Positions 24,967-35,980 of a DNA stretch of 48,126 nucleotides are shown here, piece by piece. The DNA is from Intoshia linei (lineage: Eukaryota; Animalia; Orthonectida). The translations under genes were made by a program, and so were the position numbers. The DNA lies in contig LWCA01000142.1 of the NCBI GenBank assembly GCA_001642005.1, positions 1-48,126 on the forward strand. The letters are read 5' to 3'. Below the pieces are notes generated by a model. It was not told the DNA's origin. It worked only from the letters and a program-made list of their open reading frames with translations, and ran no database searches. Every line of letters begins with the position of its first letter. Position 1 is the stretch's first letter.

Positions 24967-27115
24967 ATGCATCCTAGAAATCAGAAAACGTGTTTCAATT
25001 GCCATTCCATTACCCATCTCGTCAAAAATTGTGGAAAATTGATTAATGGAAATACAGAAGAAGTAAAAAGTAATCTTTTCTTTTATCCATTTTAACGAAA
25101 TATGAGTTTTTAAAGTCATTATTTTTAAATTTTTTTGCCATGCTTGTATGATATTTTCTTAGCTTGTATGAGTTTCTGGATTTTTTTTAAATTTCAAGTT
25201 AAATTCTTATTATTTTATAGATGTTTAAAGTTCTTATAATTTTATGAAAATTTTCACTAAAAACAAAAATAAATGAGGTAGAATTGAATTTAAAGATGCA
25301 AAGTGAATAACCAAAACATAACTACAGGATCTCATCGTAACATTCCAGTAAATAAAGTTATATTTTAGTTTTTGTATGAAATTTTTAAAATGGCAAGCTC
25401 TTCCACTAAAAATTTTCAAAAATTTTTCTTCTTTTCACGATTATCATAAAACTATCATACGCAACTTTATCAATATTTGGACAATGAAATTTCGAAAAAA
25501 AGTATATAAAAAATTACACCCCTAGTGTACATTGTTGCATAGTTTTTATATAAAAATTTTTTGGTACCTCTAACGAATATAATATGGTAACTGGCTAATG
25601 GTTAGCCTATGTGAAGCCACAATCAAATTTAGAAAATTACATTTACGCTAAAAATTTCTTCTAATACGAAAATTGATAGTACAACAACAATATGTACTAC
25701 TTTTATCTTGTCATTTCAATTATTAAATTTAAATTAATTGTAGATTGTTCATGCTGTGGTGAAATAGGCCATACGACAGAATATTGCAACGTTACAGACA
25801 TATGTAAGCGATGTTTGGAATCAGGGCACACTATGGACATTTGCGTCTACAGTGAAGGAGAGCTTTCAGATACTAGTATATTTTTCATATATATTATTTA
25901 ATACATACAACAGCCATGCCAAACTTGCGACCCGTTTCAAATATAAGTACGGCCCGCCCGACTTTGTATATGTATATTAGGGCTGTTCAAAAAAAAAAAT
26001 TAGCACATGAGCAGAGAGTATGCTTTGATATGTGAAAAATAATATGTCGTTATTAAAAATTCTCAATTATCAAAAAACATTAAAGGAATGCTTGATCATT
26101 TGGTCAGATTATGATAGTGAACATTAAGAGGTTGTTAAAGATTAGATAATTATTGGTGAATTGATAAACTAAAATTTCACTTTTATAATGACAGAATTAT
26201 TCGTTTTAATTATAAATTACTTTGAATTTCAACACCAATAATAATTGTTTTCATGATTAATCATTATTTTTTGAAGATAATAAAGTATTTTCGTTATTTT
26301 ATCTGATTTTAATTAATTAAAACGCAGAAACTAATAATACAAAAAAAACTACTCACCTGTCACGAATCTGCATCACATTTTACGTATCGTCATACAATTT
26401 TTATAAAAATTAATCGATTAGAATAAACACAGTTCAATTTTTTAGCTTGGCTTCTAGAGAGTTCATATTACTTTTTTTTTATTAAAATGTATTTAAAACG
26501 TTTTAATTACATTTGATTATATATCAAAAAACACATCTTAAAACATCTCCTTCTTCAAAGTCAGCAGTAATCTTCAACAGTAAAAATATTTTTTATACAA
26601 CTATTTGAGATCCCATCATGTGTTAACGGTGTTATCCTTCCCTGTGGTTTTAAAAGAAATTAAATTTATTTTTAATTTAATATAATAATTTTTTTTAATC
26701 TCAGGCCCATCAGACTCCTTAGGCCCCCTGGTAGTACTAAGCCTATAATTTGGGAATAATATTAACAAACTATTTACGACGTAAATAACAGTTACAAATA
26801 CGGAGTAAAAAGACTATCCAGTACAACGACTCCAAAACTTCTTTACCACGCACTAGCAATATCACAATAAATTTTTTCTTTACCGTGCTAAGAACCGCAT
26901 CTTTTAAAAATCTTTCTGGGACCCTATTTTTGATTATCAGTGGTGTCAAGTAGGGCAAATTAGGTTCTATAAGTAATAAGTATTTATATGTTAGCGTACA
27001 TTAAGTAGTAACTTTAGTTGATTAATTTACACGAGTCTTTAAATATATATTTTAAATGCTAATAAAATTGAAATTATTTTATATCTTTAATTTAGTTCCA
27101 GAAGCAAATGAATAG
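24967..27115 (+). CDS. Small triple-CCHC zinc-knuckle protein, paralog 2 (84 aa)
   Basis: Exons 24967-25069, 25744-25875, 27096-27115 give MHPRNQKTCFNCHSITHLVKNCGKLINGNTEEVKNCSCCGEIGHTTEYCNVTDICKRCLESGHTMDICVYSEGELSDTIPEANE*. Coding lengths of exon 2 (132 nt) and exon 3 (20 nt) are identical to paralog 1. Confidence 0.8.
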
Positions 27116-30100
27116 ATGGACGGGTTTTTATATATTTAATACTGTATAATTTTACTAATTTTATAAATAATAAATGTACCTTTCAAAATTATTTTATATT
27201 ATCTTATAAGTCAGTGCTTTCCAACCCATTTTGGTTGGCGACACACATTTCAATCTGAAAACTTTTTGCGATACATCAATCTAAAAATTATTCTATTCTT
27301 TCGTTGAACAGTGGCGTAGCGTGACTTTTCTCACAAGGTATTCGGGAATGGTTACTTGGTAATAAAACATTTTTAAATAAATTTAAAATTAATACTGAAA
27401 CAAAGAAAAGTTCATAAGGGGTCGCGAATACAGAAAATTTGAAAACCACTTGTATAAAGTATGCTTGAAAGATAACTTGAGATGATATTTGATATGAATT
27501 TAATTTGTTTCATTCTTGTAAATAAAATTTTTGACTAATTAGAAATAGAATACTGTATTAAAATTAAAGTCTAAATCTATATCTAAGTGTAAGTTGTTCN
27601 TATGCTTGAAAGATAACTTGTATTTGATATGAATTTAATTTGTTTCATTCTTGTAAATAAAATTTTTGACCAATTAGAAATAAAATACTGTATTTAAATT
27701 AAAGTCTAAATCTATATCTAAGTGTAAGTTGTTCATTTTATTTTCAACACACCTTCAGTAAAATTTGACAATGTAAATCTCTATAGAAAATATTTTCATA
27801 TTATAAATGTGAGCATAAATTTATCATTAAGATTCTATGAAATTGTTAGCTAAATTTTCAAGACACCTTAAGTTAAGTATAATTTTAGAATTTAAATCTC
27901 TATAGAAAATAGATATCCAATTTTTACCATGTACAAATTTATTATGAGTTTAAAATTTTGTACTGATGTTTTTAAAGATAGATTTTAACAGATAATTAAT
28001 AAATTATAATTTATTATTGACATATTATATGAATATCGAATATGAACTATGATGTGATATCGAACTTAAATTATAAAAATTATGTTATTTATTAAATATA
28101 ATTTTNTGAACGATATCATGATGTGATATCAAACTTAAATTATAAAAATTATTTTATTTATTAAATATAATTTTTTTAAATTTTAAATTGTCTAGGGTGT
28201 TTGGCGAACACCTTGCACACTATGACGCTACGCCACTGGTAGAATTAGATAAGTCCCCCCTCGGCAGAGCTAGGTTCTTCTTGTACGTAGTACAAAACAT
28301 CAAAACGAGTAGCATATATTATTACATACCGTTAAATTTGGTTAGGCTGTCTTTTGGGTTTGACTTGTAGTACTCCATAACTTTTTCTATTATTATAGAC
28401 TCCGAAATAGACTTGTAGTAAGCGTCCATATTCATTGCCATTTCACTAGCTCTATAACTCTGTGTTCCCTTTAATAACCTAGATTTTATGGATAATAAAC
28501 AGGAATATTTCCTAAGGGATCGATGGAATTTTATTTTGTCAAACACGTATTATACAAACATTTAATAAAAAAAATAATTATTTCTCCGGCTTCCTCATCT
28601 ATAAAAATGGGTAAGCCACAGCTACATTCCAATTATAATACATTTGTATGTCAAATTTTATAATGTACATTTTTTAATTAAATTAAATTGAAGACAATGA
28701 TATGAAAATAATTTTTTTGACATGTGAGTTAAATTAACTGTTACTTATATCAAAAATTATTATTATTTTTCTGAATTGTTTCAAAAACAAGTCAATCATG
28801 TTTTCTCATGGAATCTAATTCTTTTGATTTTTTAAGATGTATAATTTGTGGAGTGTATTAAAAAAATACCTCAAGTGTGTATTTTTAATACAAAAACACA
28901 CCTTTTGCCATCACTGAGCTATAATATAGTTAATATTGCGGTAAGTTAGTTAAGCGGACAACCACTGTTCTGGTCTAAATTATTTAGTAACAATGTAATG
29001 TAAACAAAGTATGTCTACATAATGTAATCCGTCTTCATTGTCTGTCTTTTCTGCCCAGGGGCAGCTAATTAAAATAAAATATTTATATAATAAAGTTATA
29101 TTTATTTCATATAATATTTTTGTACAAAAAAATTTAAATTTATTTAAATTATAATTAAAATAGTTCTAGCATGATCAAAAGTTAATAGTTAATGTTATTA
29201 ATTTTTGTTTCGACATAACATTACACATCTGAATGTATTGATTGCTAAAACTTAGCCCAAGTTCCTATAATTTTAAAAAAATTTTAAAATATATTTAAAG
29301 AGCTACTGCACCGTTTATATAATGATATAGATTATTCCATGTATATATTATACCAGTCATCTTCCGTACATCCTTCAAAACATGTATCCAAATCTATCAA
29401 ATCACAATCTTCCAAAGTTACCAGTGTATCAATCATATGTAATGTTCAAATTATTATTTACAATTCAAGATATTTGTTTTGTTAATTGTCCCCAATTTTT
29501 CTTTGGATTATATAGTATCACTTTTGATGTGTATAAAATGCAATCTATTAGATATATTGACTTAATTTTCTCATTATGTAAATACAAAACTGTTTCTTTA
29601 TTTGTAACTTTTTTTCAAATTCATTCTATTAAACCTTCATTTCAGAATTATAGGATTACATATTTAAGATAGCAATTTACAATAAAGGATATATTTCCTT
29701 ATTTAATCTATGACTACTAAATCGTTTTTGATTATTTTACTGATATATTAAACATAATGATTAAAACTGATACCATTTTTAGTTTTTAATCGATATCACC
29801 AGAATATTGTTTTTGTTAAAATTAAGTCAACGCTTCAATGATTTTTTAATTTTGTGTCATGTTTTTACTTATTTAGGGACTTAAGGTGAAATTACAATAT
29901 ATATAGTTCTCAACTGTGAACGAAATATGGATTAAAATTGTGTCAATAGTAATGTAATGTATGGAATTACAATTTAGATACGTATTTATTTACACTAGGG
30001 ATGAACGACTTTGTAGCAACTGAGGGTATATTGAATTTTTCCTTCATGTAGCATCTTCATATCATTCCAAATCACCTAAATCTAATAGAACGCAGGTAGA

Positions 30101-30329
30101 GCATACCTGATCTATTCACTATTGAGACAAATATATGAATATGTTAATGTGGAACCAAAAACTTAACTACCATTACAAAACCACCAACATAACAATTTCT
30201 GTTTAACTTAAATAAAAATATTACATCCAAATAAGTTGCTATTTAAAAATTACGATAATCAAATCTCAATAAAAATATTTATATAAAACCATGTAAATAA
30301 AGTTTTTTTCATAAAAGAATTAATGAAAA

Positions 30330-33300
30330 ATGGCTAAAAATGAATACGTAACAAACAAACCAAGAGGTATAGTAGATCTGGGAATTTTACTAATGTCTGA
30401 ATTTTCAAAACGACACAAAGAAATTTACCATACCTTAATTTGGGGCAAAGCCGATAAAACCAATGAAGTAATTCTATAGATAAATTTGTAAAACATTAAA
30501 TTTAGGTTAAACCGAACGTACAATTTTTATTAGATTTAACATTTGAATGGATAACAAAATCAAATTTAAAAAAATTGGTAATAGTTTACGACGAAGACGA
30601 GAATGAATTAATCGGAATATCTAAAGGAATGACAAAGTAAACAAAAATAAATAAGTACAATAAAATTTAGAAAAATTGAAAAATACAGAGAACATATGAT
30701 GCACGAAAAAAACGAAATGATTGAATTTAGATTTTTTCCTGTTGCAGAATGTGATTCAATGGGTGATGTAATTCGAGAATTGCATGATAAAAGATTACTG
30801 AGAGAATCGTTTTTAGTCGTACAAAATGGATTCATCAGTAGTAAACCGTTAAATGAATTTATTTATAAACACAGGTGATTATAGCATATCTAAAATGAGT
30901 TATAAAAATACATGTATATTAAAAAAGGTACCATCGAGGAATGTAAATTTTTCTACATGTTTTATTACTTTATCTAAATTAATATTGATATTTTCATTAC
31001 ATTCTATATACCAAAATCTATTTTTATTAAGGTTTTTCTTTTTGTACCTTCCACCATTTTACTACATTCATACGATAAAACGCTTATAAACATGTCCTAA
31101 AATTAAATTTTAAATCATCATTTTATGTTTAATCATACTGTTGCACGACATGTTAAAAAACATGCTTCAGCGCTGACTAGAGATACTTCCTTGTCTATTT
31201 TCATTATTTGTTTTATTCTGGATTGTGGTAGCTTGGTAAGTTTATCAACCATTGGGGTTTGGTTAGGACTTGAATTTGAGTTTAAATCTTGTGTTTTTTT
31301 AATTTTCTTTGGTACTTCCTCCATTTTCAATTTAATTTAAATTTTAACGCTACGATAATAAATTAACCGAGTAAAACTTGTTGTCTTGCTAATTAAATTT
31401 CTTGTCTGGATTCTATGCTACATATCTAAATTACTATAGGTGATCTTATCTTGACTACTGAGTCTTTGTATTTTTAACAAATTTAAACTTTAAATGTTGA
31501 CGTTGAGATTCGATTTATAAAATTTTAATATTTTTACATTTAAAATTTAATTACATATTTTATTGAAATGTATAACATTTATACATTTTTTGGTCTTTAT
31601 TTTTATTTTTTAATTGACATAGTATATATATTATACTATATTTTATAATATTGAATATTTTAAATATGCTACAAATATTTTTCAGTGATCTGTAATATTT
31701 TACATAATATTATGCGGACATTATTAAATGGACAGATGGATTAGATCATTCATTAATCGTCAATTTTTACTATTATTTTAAGTTAAAACGTTAGATAATG
31801 AGATAAGTCGATTGAAGTTTAGATTAAATAATCAAAAATTACATTTGATTGCAATAAATATTTTATGCCTCAGTGCATATTAGCATTAGAAATATTTAAA
31901 GTGATAAATCCAACAGTTTTATTTGTGAGGTCGATATTTTTCAGTGAGATGAACTTTGTAATACTTGCATGATTTTTATTATGGAATTGAGAAAGAGTTT
32001 TCATCTTTTCTATTGTTGCTAAAAATCAAACCCTTGGGTAAATCTACACTTTTCCTCTCAAATTTTTTATATATCTTAGTGGCTCGTACCTCAACCATGT
32101 GCCCTTTGTTAATTGACATACCGTCAAAATACTATATTGTACACTTGTCGAATCATATAAACTACAATTGTGTATATCAATTATGTGCAATTGTAGTAAG
32201 CTGTAAAATACTTTTCTGTAAATATCGAAACGTCACTTTAGAGTTGGTATCATTGATGTTTTCTTGGTTTTTTTAGTATGTTTGTAAATTAGACAAAAAT
32301 AACTAATAGTTTAAGTAATGTGCGTTAAAAAAGAATCATGATTTGTCCGAATTCCGTCTAAGTATTTCTTAATTGTTAACGCATAATCAAATGCTTAAGC
32401 TTAAAATAGTATAGTGCGTTTTAAATTAGTAGAAAAAAATAACTAATAGTTTAAGATAGATTTCTATAAGATCAAAAGGAATCATGATTCATCCTATTTT
32501 TGTCTAGGTTTTTAAAATCATCAACGCATAATCAAGTGCTTAACCTCAAAATGGTATTGTTCGTTTTAAAATGGCACTTGCGTCAGCACAATATTTATGT
32601 AAAGTAGCCGATAAAAACTAATGCGATATGACGGTTCCACCTGAAACAAGTTTGGGAACCACCTCTTTAAAGCATTGATAATAGTGAATGGTAAGATTTT
32701 TAAGTTAGATATTTAACGTGAATTTATTTTTTTTGTATAATAAAAATGTGCACTTGGCAGATCTAGGCGCTGTTTATACGTAGTACATAACAGTCAACCT
32801 AGTACCCTCATAAGAATCCAATGAAAGTGAATACCAGTCATATAAAATAATTAGAAATCATAGTACAATTTTAATTATTCTCTTGTAATTATAAGTAATG
32901 TGTCGAAATTTCAAATTTTATTATTTGAATTTTAGAGACATTTCAATCAAAGATAAAAACTGTATACTGACAAGTATATATCTTGAATGTGGTGATGATT
33001 TGGACCGATCATATGGTTACATTTGCCCGAATACTGAAGATGAAAGTTTAACAGCCATTATGAGTATGGATACACAGCGAATTTTAGCACTAAGACTTGG
33101 AAAGCCCATTACAGAGGTGAATTTATAATTGACCTCATCAATAATTGTAATTATAAATTAAATTTAGTTTGAATCGGATCAATCCTTTATTATTCGCTTT
33201 AATTTATATTCTGCTGGACTCTACATTTGCCATGAAGGATGCGGAAATTTATTTGTGGATAATTTTGATTTCAAAACCTTTGAAAATTTAATTTCAAGTA

Positions 33301-35535
33301 CTCTAGCTGATTATGACGTATATTTTTGTTTTTATTGAAATTTGCATTTTAGTAACATTATATTTTTAACCTTGCATTTAGATATTACAATACAATGTAT
33401 ACATTGAATTGTTGAACATTACAAACTCTACAAATTTCCTATCAAATTTTACAGTGTTGGGAAACTCTTTGTAATTAAATTCACTAAAACATACTTATTG
33501 TTTTTTAGAATAAGAATCATCCAACAACAGTATTTACTTTACCCAGAAAAACTATTCAACTACAATCTGAATAGAACGCATTACAATGTTTATACTAATC
33601 CCAAATTAACCCAGTTAAGAAGTTGTAAATGTGTTAAAAATTTGTTAATTTTAAAAAACACCAAAATAAATAAACCTCTCATTCTAACCAATACATATAT
33701 TGGTGAAGATTGTACAATTGGTAATTTTAAAATGTTAATTTATTCCTAATCTATTTTAGATGAAAATGTTGTTTTAAAAAATTGTATAATATTGAACAAT
33801 GTCTGCATAAAAAAAGATGTTTACTTGAAGAATTGCATTGTGTCAAATGATTGTACGATCCATTCCATTTCAAATTTAACGAATTGTTATTTATCTGCAA
33901 ATGTCATTATTGGCGGTGTAAATGGAGTGCATATTGTAAATCGTAGATTATACCCGGTTCCATTGGAAAATGACGGTGAAGATGAACCTATTACAGTTAG
34001 CCCCGATATGGGATCACTGGCAAATTGTTTTGCGTATACTTCATATGCAAGGCGCAGGAGTACTTCCATGTGTTCATCATATATGGAAACGGAAAGCGAT
34101 TCATCAGAGGAAGACTTCTTTGATTATGATGAAGTTGACGAGACTGACCCCAATAAATTTACTCAGTCGGAAAATGAAGGAACCGAAAAAAATATGGAAA
34201 TTAAATTTTCAGGTATAAATTTAAACTGGTTCATTTACTTTGAGAGAAAACTGTGCGACTGGTGTGTTATTTGAAGGGTTGCTGAGATTCTTTCAATACA
34301 AAATAAGTTCAATTTTATTTAAATGTTAACGCATGCATTAGAACCTATTTGGTTGACTAGTAGTTGAGCAATGTGCTATGATTTTATTAATGTAACATTT
34401 TAGAATTTTCAAAACTACTCTATTGTACACTTGTCGATTCATATAACGAAAAAACCAATTATGAAAATACCATTATTGAAATTAATTCACTAAAGTATCT
34501 TAATTTTTCTAAATTTTACAATTTTTAGACATGCTTATTCACATGTCCATATAACCAATCTAATTGAGTTGTTGATCATTAATTTGTTTAAATTAACCAT
34601 GAAACTATCCAAAGAAACTGAACAAGAGTTTACAGTGGGCATTTTTTGCAAATTCTTTGAAAAAGTCTTTCAATTTTATCATCCCGTAATCAATAGATAC
34701 ATCAAATCTCATGAAACCGCTCAAATGATTTTATTAAATGCTATATCAGTAACTTCTTTGAAATTGTTTTGTTTATATGCTTGTTAGACTCTTTATTTAA
34801 AACCGGAATATGAAACTATATTTAAATCAATACAACGTGTTTTACACTTTCTTTATAATGAAATTGATGTTATCGATGATCATTTTATAGAATGTTGGTT
34901 TGATGACCTTTTCAAAGATGCTCAAAATAATGAATTCTTAATAGATGTAATTTTTTTCATTGTTTATAAATAGTCAGGGCTCCCAATATTGAAATGGCAT
35001 GTTAATAGGCCTGATTACTTCTGTAACTATAATAGTAAATTTTTCTTTTATACATTTTGTACTAACTGGAATGTACTGTCTGTATTAGCTATTTTTTATA
35101 CTTTTTCACAATTTTGACCTTTCAGAGGACTTGATTATCAAGTTCTAAATTTGTGACACTATCACTCGAAAAATTATTTTAAAGTTGGTTTGTTTAATTT
35201 CTAAGAGTAAGTCTTAATTTTTTAATTAAGCGACAACGAAGAAAAATATTCAATCTTACGAAAGTGAATGATAGTGTGTTCCAATGGTAAAGTGATTGAG
35301 AAACACTGGTTTAGAGTTTAAACTTGATAGGTTATCAATGTGTGTATATGAAAAAGGTTTCTCATCTCGTTACACGAACCATACCAACTTTGATAGCTGA
35401 TTAAAACCTATTAATTTACTTTAGTTGAAAAAATTTATGGAATGGATGCGGCAAGATGATGATGAAAGTGATGAAGACACTGAAGATGATTCCACCCGTA
35501 GTTCCTCCAGGATTCTAAGTAGTAATGATTTGTAA
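30330..35535 (+). CDS. EIF2B5: Translation initiation factor eIF2B epsilon subunit (multi-exon, divergent)
   Basis: Exons include 30330-30467, 30506-30636, 30671-30874 (CDSMGDVIREL..FLVV), 32936-33116, from 33168 (LFVDNFDF), ~33510-34212 (hexapeptide beta-helix IGEDCTI/NCII.NNV), ~34403-34494 (IIEINSLK, W2), ~34790-34946 (FLYNEIDVIDD..I..WF) and 35425-35535 (LKKFMEWM + acidic tail). Confidence 0.9.
30879..31324 (-). CDS. POLE4: POLE4/DPB3-like histone-fold protein (~107 aa) nested in eIF2B-epsilon intron 3
   Basis: Exons 31139-31324 (KLPQSRIKQIMKIDKEVSLVSAEACFL..RAT), 31012-31096 (MFI...KRKTL..D), 30932-30973 (F.FLD) and a probable 30879-30889. This is the H2A-like CBFD/NFYB fold; CHRAC1 is not fully excluded. 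Confidence 0.8.
32288..32570. repeat. Diverged tandem duplication of a ~140-bp unit (intronic)
   Basis: aaaaataactaatagtttaag...aatcatgatt...aacgcataatcaa.tgcttaa...cgttttaaa occurs twice in succession. Confidence 0.75.
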
Positions 35536-35980
35536 AGTTTGTAAATAAACTATATTTATTGGGACTGGTCATTTTGAAATCGCAAACCATCACGTTACAT
35601 AGTTTCTTGAAATCCGTTAAAATCACTTTAGTTAAACGTTAAAATTTGGTTATAATAATTAAGATAACGCTTCCGGTTAGGTCCTAACGAACGCCAATGA
35701 GTTTTCATATATAAATTTTATTTTTGCTCAATTTGTGCAAAAAAATTTGAAAAGTGGATTTAAAAAAATTTCTATTTAATCCAACGGTGCGTTACTAATG
35801 ATATTATTTAAAATGATATTTGTACATTGTGGTTCCGATCAAAATTTTTTTTAAAATATGAGATTCATAAAATAAATATTTATTCTCCAAATCTATATTT
35901 TAGAAAAATTAACAGAATAGTATATTTCATAATTAGTATGAGCTGTATTGATAATTGGAATGTAGTAAAATAGACAAAAT

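Noticed and set aside
20998-27115. Zinc knuckles as retrotransposon Gag remnants
   Set aside because: They are split by conserved-phase spliceosomal introns, have their own start and stop codons, and no protease, RT or LTR is nearby.
27460-27735. Near-identical direct duplication of ~135 bp
   Set aside because: The copies abut an N at 27600, so this is most likely a contig-overlap or haplotype assembly artefact.
28045-28175. Direct duplication of ~60 bp
   Set aside because: It flanks an N at 28106; likely an assembly artefact.
27309-28238. Inverted 14-bp ends cagtggcgtagcgt / acgctacgccactg as one element
   Set aside because: No TSD, it overlaps another MITE's end and spans two N junctions, so boundaries are unreliable.
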